Shown here piece after piece: positions 38,077 to 48,638 of a DNA stretch of 64,000 nt. The translations under genes and the position numbers were made by a program. The DNA comes from Pedobacter sp. Its GTDB lineage: Bacteria > Desulfobacterota > Desulfuromonadia > Desulfuromonadales > Syntrophotaleaceae. The notes under the pieces were generated by a model that was not told where the DNA came from, made no database searches, and saw only the letters and a list, made by a program, of their open reading frames with translations. Positions within the stretch are counted from its first letter, which is position 1. The number at the start of each line of letters is the position of its first letter. The stretch lies in NCBI GenBank assembly GCA_050253415.1, contig JBFWJC010000002.1, positions 96,001 to 160,000 of the forward strand. Direction: 5' to 3'.

Positions 38077-39105
38077 TTGTCCGAATTACGTTGGGATCCA
38101 ATTATCGATAATTGGGTTGTGATTGCCAAAGCGCGCGGACGGCGTCCCGTCGATTTCATTACCGAGCGCAGGCACATCGAAAGCATTGCGTGTCCCTTTT
38201 GCTACGGAAACGAGGGAAAGACGCCGGCGGAGGTTTATGCCTTGCGTCCTGACGCAAGCCCGCCGAATCAGCCCGGCTGGCGGGTGCGGGTCATCCCGAA
38301 CAAGTACCCCATGTTGCGTATCGAAGGGCAGCTCGAGTTGCGCGGCGAAGGGTTGTACGATGTCATGAACGGCATCGGCGCGCATGAGGTGATTATCGAG
38401 ACCCCGGATCATGCACGGCATCCTGCCGACCTGCGTGCGGGGGAATTGGCCGACGTGTTTCGCGCTTTTCGCTCCCGCCTCATCGACCTGCGGCGGGACA
38501 AGCGTTTTCGGCACATTGTCATCTACAAGAACCATGGGGTGGAAGCCGGTGCGACCATTCCTCACAACCATAGCCAGTTGCTGGCCTTGCCTATCATTCC
38601 ATCGCAGATGCGCACCGCCCTGCGCTCCAGTCGTGACTACTTTCACCGCAAGGAACGTTGTCTGATGTGCGATCTCCTGGCGCAAGAACTGGCCGACGGC
38701 TCACGTTTGGTCCGGGTTGATAGCGAATTTGCGGTATTTGCCCCGTTTGCCTCGCGGCACCCGTTCAGCTTGCGCATCGTGCCCCGACGCCACAGTCACG
38801 ATTTTGCCTTGTTGACCGATCAGATGTTGCATGCATTGGGAGAGACCATGCACGATGTGATGGTCCGATTACGAACGGTACTTCGCGATCCGCCGTTTAA
38901 TCTGGTGCTGCATAATGCGCCGTCCGCTTTGCCGCGAGCGGGGCGGCCCGATTGCTGGAGCTCGCTCAGTTGCGACTATCACTGGTATTTTGAACTTGTT
39001 CCCAAAATCATGGAGCCGGCCGGATTCGAGTGGGGAACCGGGTTTTTCATCAACCCCACGCCACCTGAAGATGCGGCGCGTTATCTGCGGGAAGCGGTCG
39101 TTTGA
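38077..39105 (+). CDS. GalT-like hexose-1-phosphate nucleotidyltransferase
   Basis: ELRWDP, CPFC..NE, PNKYP, HEVIIETP and HNHSQ motifs. Confidence 0.88.
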   Translation: MSELRWDPIIDNWVVIAKARGRRPVDFITERRHIESIACPFCYGNEGKTPAEVYALRPDASPPNQPGWRVRVIPNKYPMLRIEGQLELRGEGLYDVMNGIGAHEVIIETPDHARHPADLRAGELADVFRAFRSRLIDLRRDKRFRHIVIYKNHGVEAGATIPHNHSQLLALPIIPSQMRTALRSSRDYFHRKERCLMCDLLAQELADGSRLVRVDSEFAVFAPFASRHPFSLRIVPRRHSHDFALLTDQMLHALGETMHDVMVRLRTVLRDPPFNLVLHNAPSALPRAGRPDCWSSLSCDYHWYFELVPKIMEPAGFEWGTGFFINPTPPEDAARYLREAVV

Positions 39106-39194
39106 TAATCAAGCTATAAGCTTCAAGCTGTAAGCCGTAAGTTACCAGGCAAGAGCCATTAGTTATCCAGAAAGGTAATTTTATTAATATCGCC

Positions 39195-42100
39195 ATGGCC
39201 GAATCCTACCATTACCTGTTATCGCCGGTCCCCGGTGCCGAGCCGTATTTTCCCCTTTCTTTTCAGATGAGCGCGCTTGCACGACAGCAACTGGAGCTGC
39301 CTCTTTTTCCGGTCGGTGCCTCGCGGCTCTATCGGTTGCGCACGGTGGCCGATCGTTTGCGGCAGCGCCGACCCGACCCATTGTGCAGCGCGGGGCGTCT
39401 TGAGCTGCTTGCGGTACTCAGCGGCGTACTGCGCTATCTGGCACACCGGCATTTGTTGGCGCGGAACTGTAACGCAGCAGTGGATGGGGTTGAAATTGCC
39501 GATCAAACCGTACAGCTTCCGGGGCTGCGGCGCAGTCAGGAGGAATTCGTCCGGCTGTTTCCGGCACAATCAGTTCTGGACGGTATGGAACCCCGGACTT
39601 TTCTATACGGACCTGCAGGCGCCAATGGCCGCCAGCAGACGCTGCTCGAATTGCTGGTGCTGTCGGTGCAGACGGCCAATCCTGCGGCGCAGGTATTCTG
39701 CGATCTGTTTGACGATGGCGAATTGTCGCAACGTGCCCCGTACCGAGCCACCCTTCATGCCCTGGATCGGTGCCTGCGTCAGGCGCCGGCTACCGGACCC
39801 CTGGACCAACCGCTGCTGGAGTTGCTGCTGGCGCCCATCAAGGCCGCACCCGACAGTCTCGAGGGACAAGTACGGTATGTGCGGGCGCATTGGCAGGGGC
39901 TGCTGCCTGCCGATCTGCTGGAAGCCATCGATCGGGGACTGGCAGTGCGCGCGGAAGAGGTGCAGATGCGTGGGGGCGGCCCCGGGGCATTCCGGCTGCC
40001 GGAGTATCCGGCGTCTGTGGCGATGGAGGAGGAACGGTTTTCTTCGGACAGCGACTGGATGTCCGACCTGGTGCTGCTGGCCAAGTCGGTGCACGTCTGG
40101 TTCGACCAGCTGTCCCGTCAGTACGGCCGCCCCGTGACCCGTCTATGCGAGATCCCCGATGAGGAGTTGAACCTTTTGGCGCGTCGCGGTTTTACCGGTC
40201 TGTGGTTGATCGGTATCTGGGAGCGCTCCCCGGCTTCCCGCCAGATCAAGCGTTTGCGTGGCAACCCGGAAGCAGAAGCCTCGGCCTATGCCTTGTTTGA
40301 CTACCGGGTGGCCGATGAGCTCGGCGGTCAGGCGGATCTGGACAATCTGGATTGGCGTTGCAAGCAACGCGGCATCCGCCTGGCTTGCGATGTGGTGCCG
40401 AATCACACCGGTATCGATTCGCGCTGGATGCATGAGCATCCCGACTGGTTTGTGCAGGTGCCGCATCCGCCCTATCCGAGCTACCGGTTCAGCGGTCCCG
40501 ATCTGTCCACCGGCGGATCTGTAAGTCTTTTTCTGGAAGACGGATACTGGGACCACAGCGATGCAGCGGTGGTGTTCAAACGGGTCGATCACCACACCGG
40601 CGAGGTACGCTACATCTACCATGGCAACGACGGTACCCATCTTCCGTGGAACGATACGGCTCAGCTGAATTTTCTGCTGCCTCAGGTGCGCGAAGCCATG
40701 ATCCGCACCATCATCGAGGTGGCGCGCACGTTTCGCGTGATCCGTTTCGATGCCGCCATGACCTTGGCCAAAAAGCATTTCCAGCGTCTCTGGTTCCCCT
40801 TGCCCGGCGGCGGCGCGGGGGTGCCCTCACGGGCGGAACACAGCATGAGCAGCGAGGACTTCGAGCGGCTGTTTCCGCTGGAGTTCTGGCGCGAGGTGGT
40901 CGATCGGGTTGCCGCCGAGGTGCCCGATACCCTGCTGCTGGCCGAGGCTTTCTGGTTGATGGAGAGCTATTTCGTACGCACCCTTGGTATGCACCGGGTG
41001 TATAACAGCGCCTTCATGCACATGATGAAACAGGAAGATAACGGCAAGTACCGCCAGTTGCTCAAAAAGACCCTGGCCTTCAACCCGGAGATCCTCAAAC
41101 GGTTCGTTAATTTCATGAACAACCCTGACGAAGCCACCGCCGTCGAGCAGTTCGGCAAGGGTGACAAATATTTCGGCGTGGCCGTGCTGTTGGCGACGCT
41201 GCCGGGCCTGCCCATGTTCGGGCACGGACAGGTGGAAGGCTTCCGGGAAAAATACGGCATGGAGTTTCGCCGTGCTTACCTGCAGGAAGAGGTGGACCAG
41301 GGATTTGTGGACCATCACGAGAGGTTGATTTGCCCGTTATTGCACAGGCGCGCGCTGTTCAGCGGCGCGGAACATTTTGCCCTGTACGATTTTATGACCG
41401 ACGGTGCGGTGAACGAAGATGTGCTGGCTTACAGCAATCGACGCGGCGACCAGCGGGCGCTGGTGGTGTATCACAACCGCTCCGGGCAAACCGGTGGTTG
41501 GCTGAGAGGTGCCTGCCCCAGTGCCGTCGCAGAGCATGATATTCCTGGCACGCTGGCCGGGGCCCTGGCCTTGCAGACCGGGGGCGGGGGCTTCTACCGT
41601 TTCCGCGATCATTGCAGCGGGCTGCACTATCTGCGTTCCGCCCGGGAATTGGCTGAACAGGGGTTGTTCGTAACCCTGGGTCCCTATGAGGCGCATGTTT
41701 TCCTCGATTTTGTCGAGCTGGTCGATGCTGATGGCAGCTGGCGACGTTTGTGGCAACGGCTCGACGGACGTCCGGTGGCCGATCTCGACGGGGAGTTCCT
41801 CCGGTTGCGTCATGCCGAGCTGTTGCAGTCCCTGGAACAACTGCTTGCTGCCGGTGCGGACTTCCCCCGAATGGATGCCGTGGGGCAGGCTATCGCTTTG
41901 CAGCGGTATGCCGCTTTTCTGCAGTGCTTGCAGCACGATCTCGGTCTGACCGGTGACAGCGAAACGTTGGAAAAGGTTCTACAGCGGCAACTGTTGCTGG
42001 CTGCCGATCTGCCGGATGCAGTAACCCCCTGTATCCGCGACGTATTGTGGTCCTGCCTGGTGCTGTATCCCCTGGCCGGGCCTCACCGTCCCGCCAGCAT

Positions 42101-42485
42101 GAATGACTGGTTGGAACATTCAATATTCGACGAGGTCGTGACCGCTCAGTGGCCTGATGCCAGCGCTGCCGAAAACCGGGCCCTTTTGCAGTTGTTGATT
42201 CAACACCGGGGTTGCGGCGCGGCGGACACCGAAGGCTGGCTGCGAGCATTGCTCGATGAGCGGGATGTCCGGGAGTTTCTGCTGGTGCATCGCTACCAGG
42301 ATTGCGACTGGTTCAATCGCGAGCGGCTGGTGCAGCTGGTAACCGGACTGGTTGTTACCGCGTTCCTGACCGGTGAGGAGCCTGCCGTAGATACGTTTGC
42401 AGGCGATGCACAGACCATCGCTGCTATTCTTGCCAAGGCCGAGCAGGCCGGCTACGATCTGGAAAAATTCCGCAACCTCGTTTAA
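39195..42485 (+). CDS. Large GH13 alpha-amylase family protein
   Basis: DVVPNH, IRFDAAM, LLAEAFW and FMNNPDE catalytic regions. Confidence 0.88.
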   Translation: MAESYHYLLSPVPGAEPYFPLSFQMSALARQQLELPLFPVGASRLYRLRTVADRLRQRRPDPLCSAGRLELLAVLSGVLRYLAHRHLLARNCNAAVDGVEIADQTVQLPGLRRSQEEFVRLFPAQSVLDGMEPRTFLYGPAGANGRQQTLLELLVLSVQTANPAAQVFCDLFDDGELSQRAPYRATLHALDRCLRQAPATGPLDQPLLELLLAPIKAAPDSLEGQVRYVRAHWQGLLPADLLEAIDRGLAVRAEEVQMRGGGPGAFRLPEYPASVAMEEERFSSDSDWMSDLVLLAKSVHVWFDQLSRQYGRPVTRLCEIPDEELNLLARRGFTGLWLIGIWERSPASRQIKRLRGNPEAEASAYALFDYRVADELGGQADLDNLDWRCKQRGIRLACDVVPNHTGIDSRWMHEHPDWFVQVPHPPYPSYRFSGPDLSTGGSVSLFLEDGYWDHSDAAVVFKRVDHHTGEVRYIYHGNDGTHLPWNDTAQLNFLLPQVREAMIRTIIEVARTFRVIRFDAAMTLAKKHFQRLWFPLPGGGAGVPSRAEHSMSSEDFERLFPLEFWREVVDRVAAEVPDTLLLAEAFWLMESYFVRTLGMHRVYNSAFMHMMKQEDNGKYRQLLKKTLAFNPEILKRFVNFMNNPDEATAVEQFGKGDKYFGVAVLLATLPGLPMFGHGQVEGFREKYGMEFRRAYLQEEVDQGFVDHHERLICPLLHRRALFSGAEHFALYDFMTDGAVNEDVLAYSNRRGDQRALVVYHNRSGQTGGWLRGACPSAVAEHDIPGTLAGALALQTGGGGFYRFRDHCSGLHYLRSARELAEQGLFVTLGPYEAHVFLDFVELVDADGSWRRLWQRLDGRPVADLDGEFLRLRHAELLQSLEQLLAAGADFPRMDAVGQAIALQRYAAFLQCLQHDLGLTGDSETLEKVLQRQLLLAADLPDAVTPCIRDVLWSCLVLYPLAGPHRPASMNDWLEHSIFDEVVTAQWPDASAAENRALLQLLIQHRGCGAADTEGWLRALLDERDVREFLLVHRYQDCDWFNRERLVQLVTGLVVTAFLTGEEPAVDTFAGDAQTIAAILAKAEQAGYDLEKFRNLV

Positions 42486-42538
42486 AGTAGTTTTTTTGCC
42501 GGGTTTCCGGAACCCTTCCGAAACAAAGGAATTGCGTT

Positions 42539-43987
42539 ATGAATATTCTGCTGGCCGCTTCCGAAGTGGCCCCCTTTGCCAAGACCGGCGGGCTGGCCGA
42601 TGTGGCCGGAGCCCTGCCCCGTGAATTGCATCGGATGGGGCATGACGTGCGTATTTTCATGCCCCTGTACCGCAGCGTACGGGAAAAGGATTTTGGCCTC
42701 TGCCCTTTGGCCGAGCTGCCGACGGTGGAGGTCGGTGACGTTCATTATAAGGGCCGCCTGTGGCAGGGGGATTTGCAGGGCGTGCCGGTCTATTTTCTGG
42801 AACAGGATGATTTTTTTGATCGGGATGGCCTGTACGGCACTACGCAGCATGATTATGACGACAATGCGGAGCGGTTCGGGTTTTTTGCCAAGGCTCTGCT
42901 GACGGCACTGCCGCAGATCGGCTTCCAACCCGAGGTGCTGCATCTCAATGACTGGCAGACCGGGCTGGTGCCGGCGTTGCTGCGTTCGGAAGCGAATGCT
43001 TTCTATGCCGATACGGCGACGGTGATGACGATTCACAATCTCGGCTACCAGGGGTTGTTCCCCGAGCAGGCCGTCGCTTCCGTGGGGCTCGATCCTGCAC
43101 TGTTCAACATCGAAGGCCTGGAATACTACGGGCAGATGTCGTTTTTGAAAAGCGGCGTGGTGTATGCCGACCTGATTACCACCGTTTCCGAGACGTATTG
43201 CGCCGAGATTCAGACGCCTGAGATGGGGCATGGTTTTGACGGCATACTGCGCGCTCGCGCCGACCGGTTGTTCGGGGTGCTCAATGGCATCGATGACCAG
43301 CTGTGGGATCCGCAACAGGATCCGGCCTTGCCCTCCTGTTACAGTGCCGAAGACCTGGACGGCAAGGCGGAGAACAAGCGCCAGCTGCAAAAGGCTCTGG
43401 GATTGACGGTTGATGCTGATGTGCCGCTGCTGGCCATGGTTACCCGCCTCGCCAGCCAGAAAGGCCTCGACCTGGTGGAGCAGGCCTGGGATGATCTTCT
43501 GGAACGGGGTGTGCAACTGGTGATTCTCGGATCGGGGGATCAGGACACCATGGACCGATTTGAGAAACTCGGTGCGTTGAGTCCCAATCAGGTGGTGGTG
43601 CGCCTGGGGTTCGACGATCGACTGGCACGGCTGATTTACGCCGGCAGTGATATGTTCCTGATGCCCAGCCATTACGAGCCCTGCGGGCTGGGGCAGCTTA
43701 TTGCCCTGCGTTACGGCAGCGTGCCGGTGGTACGCAAGACCGGTGGTCTGGCCGATACGGTTTTCGACCCGCAGGACCAGGCACCGCAGGCTAACGGGTT
43801 TACCTTCAGCCCGGTTGCGGCTGCCGCCATGCTTGCGGCCATCGATCGGTCCCTGGCCCTGTATCGCATCCCGGAGAAATGGCAGCAGTTGGTGCGTTCG
43901 GGGATGCGGGGGGATTTTTCCTGGCGGCAATCGGCGTTGCGCTATGTCGACCTTTATCAAAAAGCTGTGGAGTTGCACCATGAGTGA
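42539..43987 (+). CDS. glgA: Glycogen synthase
   Basis: SEVAPFAKTGGLADV, HLNDWQT, EPCGLGQL and TGGLADTV. Confidence 0.95.
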   Translation: MNILLAASEVAPFAKTGGLADVAGALPRELHRMGHDVRIFMPLYRSVREKDFGLCPLAELPTVEVGDVHYKGRLWQGDLQGVPVYFLEQDDFFDRDGLYGTTQHDYDDNAERFGFFAKALLTALPQIGFQPEVLHLNDWQTGLVPALLRSEANAFYADTATVMTIHNLGYQGLFPEQAVASVGLDPALFNIEGLEYYGQMSFLKSGVVYADLITTVSETYCAEIQTPEMGHGFDGILRARADRLFGVLNGIDDQLWDPQQDPALPSCYSAEDLDGKAENKRQLQKALGLTVDADVPLLAMVTRLASQKGLDLVEQAWDDLLERGVQLVILGSGDQDTMDRFEKLGALSPNQVVVRLGFDDRLARLIYAGSDMFLMPSHYEPCGLGQLIALRYGSVPVVRKTGGLADTVFDPQDQAPQANGFTFSPVAAAAMLAAIDRSLALYRIPEKWQQLVRSGMRGDFSWRQSALRYVDLYQKAVELHHE

Positions 43988-44201
43988 CGTGCAGGATCAG
44001 GGCATCCGGGATGCCATGGATGAGCAGGAACCGACTGCCGACGGGCAGGCTGACATGTTCCCCGAGTTTGAAGAGTTGCGCCGGCAGGTTGCCCAGCGCA
44101 TTCGGGACAATCAACGGTTTCTGGATGGGATCTTTGACGAGGACTTCGTCGAGGATGAAGACTTTGACGAGGTAGAGGAAGAGTCTTTTGAGGAGTTGTA
44201 A
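43980..44201 (+). CDS. Small acidic hypothetical protein
   Basis: ATG overlaps the glgA end; GGAG RBS; acidic tail. Confidence 0.65.
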   Translation: MSDVQDQGIRDAMDEQEPTADGQADMFPEFEELRRQVAQRIRDNQRFLDGIFDEDFVEDEDFDEVEEESFEEL

Positions 44202-44227
44202 ATAGGCTCTATTTAAGTCAGAACCAT

Positions 44228-44340
44228 TCTCTCGCTCGTTCGCTGCGCTCACTCAAGCCACAAAGTCCACAGAGGAAGGCAAAATCATTTTTCTTTGTGG
44301 CTTCGTGTCTTGAGCGACTGAAAGGAGCGAGCGCGAGATG
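44228..44340. repeat. ~110-bp palindromic intergenic repeat, copy 1
   Basis: ctcgctcgttcgctgcgctcactcaagccacaaag...cttgagcgactgaaaggagcgagcgcgagatg; related to 57612-57722; lies between convergent genes. Confidence 0.85.
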
Positions 44341-44396
44341 ATGTTAATGATCTTTGTGATGAAAAAGTACCCTTTCAGGTCCTGTCGAGTTCAGTA

Positions 44397-44687
44397 TTAA
44401 TCCTGCTTGAGCTTTTCCAGGTAAGCTTCCCATTCGATCGGCAACAGATGCTGTTTCTGGCTGTTGCACTCCTTGCAGGCCGCTACGCAGTTGCCCTTGG
44501 TGGAGCGTCCCCCTCGTACCAGCGGCACGATGTGGTCCAGGGTCAATTCCCGCGGTTCGACCCGGGCGCCGCAATAGTGGCAAATACCGCTGGCAATGCG
44601 GTTTTTCCACCACTGACTGCGACGCAGATCGCGGGCCTTCTGCCGTTCCTGCCGCATCTGTTCTTCCGATACATCCAACCAATCCAT
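44397..44687 (-). CDS. Small HNH endonuclease
   Basis: CHYCG, TLDHIVP and NCVAACKECN motifs. Confidence 0.9.
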   Translation of the reverse strand: MDWLDVSEEQMRQERQKARDLRRSQWWKNRIASGICHYCGARVEPRELTLDHIVPLVRGGRSTKGNCVAACKECNSQKQHLLPIEWEAYLEKLKQD

Positions 44688-44705
44688 TTTTTTCTCTTTT
44701 AAATC

Positions 44706-44764
44706 AGTGATTAGTGAATAGTGATTAGTATTTGGGATTTTCCAGTCACCAGTTACTAATCACC
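44706..44764. repeat. Heptamer-period hairpin
   Basis: agtgattagtgaatagtgattagt...agtcaccagttactaatcacc. Confidence 0.7.
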
Positions 44765-44785
44765 GATTCCAAGCCTCTGTCCGTC

Positions 44786-45577
44786 TTACAGAATCATAAA
44801 CCCGAGCTGTCGGCCGGTCACACCCTGGTCGCGGCGGTAGGAAAAGAACATCTCACGATGACAGCAGGTGCACTCTTCCACTACGCCGATATTTGAAGAC
44901 TTAATGCCGACGTCTTCCAGTTGCAGCAGGCAACTGCGCTTGAGGTCGAGCTGCCATTTGCCCAGAGAGGTTTCCTCGGCAATCTGCGGCCAGCGGCCGC
45001 TTCCCTGGCGGAAGGCATCTCGCACGGTACGATCGACTTCGTAATGGTGGGCGCCGATGCCGGCGCCGATCGCGGCTTGCAGATTTTCGGCCTGACAGCC
45101 GAAGGTTGCATGCATGGCCTCGATGGTTTTGCCCAGCAGGCAATTGGCTGCGCCGCGCCAACCTACGTGGACCGCTGCACCGACTTTAAGTATCGGATCG
45201 TGCAGCAGCACCGGAAAACAATCTGCTACCAGTACGCCAAACATGAAGCCGGGCTGGTTGGTAATGATGGCATCGCTTGCCACTGTCAGAAAATGGGACA
45301 ATTCGTGGTTCGGTTGGTCGACGATCAGTATGTCGGTGCCGTGTACCTGCTTGACGGTCAACAGCTGGTGCGGATGCAGATCAAAAGCCCGAGTCAGGTT
45401 CGAGCGGTTGCCTTCCACATTGTGGCGTGGATCCTCGGTATTGTAGCCCAGGTTCAGTGAGTTGTATGGGGGCCGGCTAATGCCGCCGTTGCGGGTGGTA
45501 AACCCGGCCATAACCGATTCTCCGGTTACCCAGTCGGGTTGCATATAGCTGATCTTGCCTTTGCGTATCAGTTTCAT
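44786..45577 (-). CDS. pgeF: PgeF/YfiH family protein
   Basis: FTTRNGG, SLNLG, QVHG, ADCFPVL, HVGWRG and FFSYRR; adjacent to rluD. Confidence 0.92.
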   Translation of the reverse strand: MKLIRKGKISYMQPDWVTGESVMAGFTTRNGGISRPPYNSLNLGYNTEDPRHNVEGNRSNLTRAFDLHPHQLLTVKQVHGTDILIVDQPNHELSHFLTVASDAIITNQPGFMFGVLVADCFPVLLHDPILKVGAAVHVGWRGAANCLLGKTIEAMHATFGCQAENLQAAIGAGIGAHHYEVDRTVRDAFRQGSGRWPQIAEETSLGKWQLDLKRSCLLQLEDVGIKSSNIGVVEECTCCHREMFFSYRRDQGVTGRQLGFMIL

Positions 45578-45644
45578 AAACCGTGGAATCTCCTGTTTAA
45601 CGCTCCGCCAACGGCAGATGCGGATAATTTCGAATATGCTTCAT

Positions 45645-45758
45645 ACCACGAAGGACACGAAGAGCACGAAGAAAGACTTTAAAAACAAACCGTCATTTGT
45701 TTGGTTGTAACCTGAAACTCGGGTTCTTACTTCGTGTCCTTCGTGATCTTCGTGGTGA
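45645..45758. repeat. Nonamer-period intergenic hairpin
   Basis: accacgaaggacacgaagagcacgaag...cttcgtgtccttcgtgatcttcgtggt. Confidence 0.75.
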
Positions 45759-45798
45759 GAAGCCTTAATCTGCTCTGGATAACTATTCGGCAGTGCCT

Positions 45799-46779
45799 TC
45801 ACGCGAAAGGCGGCTGCCCGTATTTTTCCGTAAGATAATCGATAACAGCCCGCATGTCAGGTGGCAGCGGGCTGCCGAATTCAATGTATTCCTGGGTTTC
45901 CGGATGGATAAAACCCAACAGACGGGCATGCAGAGCCTGTCTATTAAGCTCTTTTACCCTTTTGATCAGTTGCGGATCGCTCAGGCTCTTCATGCGTCCG
46001 CTGCCTCCGTAGGCAGGGTCGCCCACCAGGGGATGCTGCTGTTCGGAAAGATGCACCCGGATTTGGTGCGTGCGACCGGTTTCGAGGGTCAGTTCAACCA
46101 GTGTCAGCCGGTCAGCATCAAAGCGGCGCAGGACCCGCCAGTGGGTAACGGCATGTCGTCCGGTACGGCAGGTCGTACTCATCTTCTTGCGATGGGTAGG
46201 ATGCCGCCCGATGGGCTGGTCGATCATGCCCTTGTCTCCAACCATCAGGCCGTGAATCAGGGCAACGTAGCGTCGCGTGATGGAGTGAGCCTTAAACTGT
46301 GCGGCCAGGTTCTGGTGGGCGTTGTCATTTTTGGTGGCCACCATGACACCCGAGGTGTCTTTGTCAAGACGGTGCACAATCCCGGGGCGCAATTCGCCGC
46401 CGATGCCGGAAAGGTCATGGCAGTGATGCAAAAGAGCGTTGACCAGGGTTCCCTGATAATGACCGGGAGCCGGATGAACCACCATGCCGGGCGGTTTGTC
46501 GATGACGATCAGGTGCCGATCTTCGTACAGAACGGTCAACGGAATGTCTTCGGAAATGGCTTCGGCGGGGCTCGGATCCGGTATATTCACGATCAGGGTT
46601 TCGCCACCCTTGAGTTTGCCCCCGGCTTTGGCAGGGGAGCCATCGAGTAATACTTGTCCGTCGTCGATGAGCTTTTTCAGTTGGGAGCGGCTCAATTCCG
46701 GTAATTGCTCAGCCAGAAACCGGTCCAGTCGGTCCGGTTTACGCCCCCGGTCGAAACATAGGGTAAGTTGCTGCACCAT
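45799..46779 (-). CDS. rluD: RluA/RluD family pseudouridine synthase
   Basis: S4 domain, KPPGMVVHP, HRLDKDTSG, TGRTHQIRVH and QALHA. Confidence 0.92.
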   Translation of the reverse strand: MVQQLTLCFDRGRKPDRLDRFLAEQLPELSRSQLKKLIDDGQVLLDGSPAKAGGKLKGGETLIVNIPDPSPAEAISEDIPLTVLYEDRHLIVIDKPPGMVVHPAPGHYQGTLVNALLHHCHDLSGIGGELRPGIVHRLDKDTSGVMVATKNDNAHQNLAAQFKAHSITRRYVALIHGLMVGDKGMIDQPIGRHPTHRKKMSTTCRTGRHAVTHWRVLRRFDADRLTLVELTLETGRTHQIRVHLSEQQHPLVGDPAYGGSGRMKSLSDPQLIKRVKELNRQALHARLLGFIHPETQEYIEFGSPLPPDMRAVIDYLTEKYGQPPFA

Positions 46780-47049
46780 CTACCAGATCGTACTTTTGAT
46801 CCGCCCGGCCTGCTTGACCATGACGTCGACTACCGCCCTGTCGAACAGGTGATCGCGATTGGGGATGTCTTCGGAAATCCGCGCCAGAAAATGTTCACGT
46901 CCCTCCTGCAGCTCATCGCTGAGCAGGTCAAAAAGGGAATCCTTCTCTATGCCTTCCTGTACCTTATGCTGGTTATACAGGGCGATATCCGAAACGATGG
47001 CGCGTGCCAGCCGGAAGGCGAGTTTTGGATTGTCGACGATCCTTGCCAT
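46780..47049 (-). CDS. Conserved hypothetical protein
   Basis: RLARAIVSDIALYN motif; GGAGG RBS; abuts rluD. Confidence 0.8.
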   Translation of the reverse strand: MARIVDNPKLAFRLARAIVSDIALYNQHKVQEGIEKDSLFDLLSDELQEGREHFLARISEDIPNRDHLFDRAVVDVMVKQAGRIKSTIW

Positions 47050-47139
47050 GGGTTCCTCCCACTAACTTGAGGGTGGCATGGGCGGCTTGTCCCGCCAGCG
47101 GCGGTAAAAAATGATGCGCCCGTGCAATGCATTGGATGG

Positions 47140-48579
47140 TTATTGTGGGGTTGACTCCGTATCCCACGCGGTGACGGGAAGAGCCAGATACAGAGTGGCG
47201 TCTCCTCGCTTGATCAGTAGTCGTACGATCCTGCCCTTGCGTGCCTCGTCCAGAGCCCGGTCAAAGGAGCGCAGATCGGTCAATTTGGTCTTGTTAAGCG
47301 CCAGCATGATGTCGCCGGTGCGAATACCCGCAGCGGCCCCCACGCCTTGGGGATCGACCTCTTTTACCTCAAGGCCGTTGTTCTGTTCCGTGTTGACCAG
47401 GGTCAGTCCCAGCGTTTGGCGTTCCCCGGTGGTGGCGCCGACCATGGCCTGGTTGCGTTGGCGGATGGTGACCTCAACAGTCAACCGCTGGCCATCACGC
47501 AGTAATTTAAGCGGCACGGTCTTGCCTGCGTGCATGCTGACGATCTGCAGTTGCAGATCACTGGCATTGCGGATATTGCGACCGTTAATTTCGAGCAGGA
47601 TGTCGCCACGGCGGATACCGGCCTGCTGTGCCGGGGAGTCCGGCTGCACCTGGTTGACCAATGCGCCCATGGCCCGGTCGAGGCCGAACGAATCCGCCAG
47701 ATCGGGCGACAGGTCCTGTATGCCTACCCCCAGCCAGCCGCGGACCACCTGGCCGGTCGCCATCAACTGATCGGCGATAGCGCGGGCCATGTTGATGGGG
47801 ATGGCGAAGCCGATACCCTGGCCGCTGGCCACGATGGCGGTGTTGATGCCGATCACTTCGCCATAGATATTGAGTAGCGGGCCGCCGGAATTGCCGGGGT
47901 TGATCGAAGCATCGGTCTGGATGAAGTCTTCATAGTCTTCGATGCCGATATCGGTGCGGCTGGTGGCCGACACGACACCCACCGTCAGGGTGCGATCGAG
48001 ACCGAAAGGGTTGCCGATAGCCAGTGCCCACTGTCCGACCTGCAGCGCATCGGAATCACCCAATACCGCGGTGGGAAGAGGCACGCTCGACACGATTTTG
48101 AGTACCGCGACATCGGTGCGCGGGTCGGAGCCGATCAGCTTGCCGTCGTAGACGCGATCATCCGACAATTTAACCTTGATTTCTTCGGCACCCTTGACAA
48201 CATGCTCGTTGGTCAGGATGTAGCCGTCTGAGCTGATGATCACGCCGGAACCGAGGCTGCGGGATTTTTGCTGAGGGAGGCTGCGGCCCTTGAACAGCTC
48301 GTTGAAAAAATCCTCGAACAACGGCCCCAGTTCGGGACCACGGCTTACCTGGGCGGCCTGGATATTGACCACCGAGGGGGTGACTTTTTCAGATACTTCG
48401 ATAAAAGCCGTCTGGGTAGCGAGCAGTTCCGGTGCCGGATTTGGCACCGGCGGTACCTGGGCGCCATGCTTCGTAGCCGGTGTTGGCGGCTCCAGCGTGT
48501 CTTTTTTGCAAGCAGGCAAAATTGCCACAACCAGGCTGCCGAGAAGCAGCGCTATAAAAATACGCCGAAAACGGATCAT
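47140..48579 (-). CDS. Do/DegQ family serine protease with two PDZ domains
   Basis: TNEHV, TDVAVL and IQTDASINPGNSGG catalytic triad; start set at MIRFRR. Confidence 0.93.
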   Translation of the reverse strand: MIRFRRIFIALLLGSLVVAILPACKKDTLEPPTPATKHGAQVPPVPNPAPELLATQTAFIEVSEKVTPSVVNIQAAQVSRGPELGPLFEDFFNELFKGRSLPQQKSRSLGSGVIISSDGYILTNEHVVKGAEEIKVKLSDDRVYDGKLIGSDPRTDVAVLKIVSSVPLPTAVLGDSDALQVGQWALAIGNPFGLDRTLTVGVVSATSRTDIGIEDYEDFIQTDASINPGNSGGPLLNIYGEVIGINTAIVASGQGIGFAIPINMARAIADQLMATGQVVRGWLGVGIQDLSPDLADSFGLDRAMGALVNQVQPDSPAQQAGIRRGDILLEINGRNIRNASDLQLQIVSMHAGKTVPLKLLRDGQRLTVEVTIRQRNQAMVGATTGERQTLGLTLVNTEQNNGLEVKEVDPQGVGAAAGIRTGDIMLALNKTKLTDLRSFDRALDEARKGRIVRLLIKRGDATLYLALPVTAWDTESTPQ

Positions 48580-48638
48580 TTTTCGTTCCTTTTCAGGTGG
48601 ATAAATCACCGGCAGCGTAGCGGAAAAACCTGAAACTG

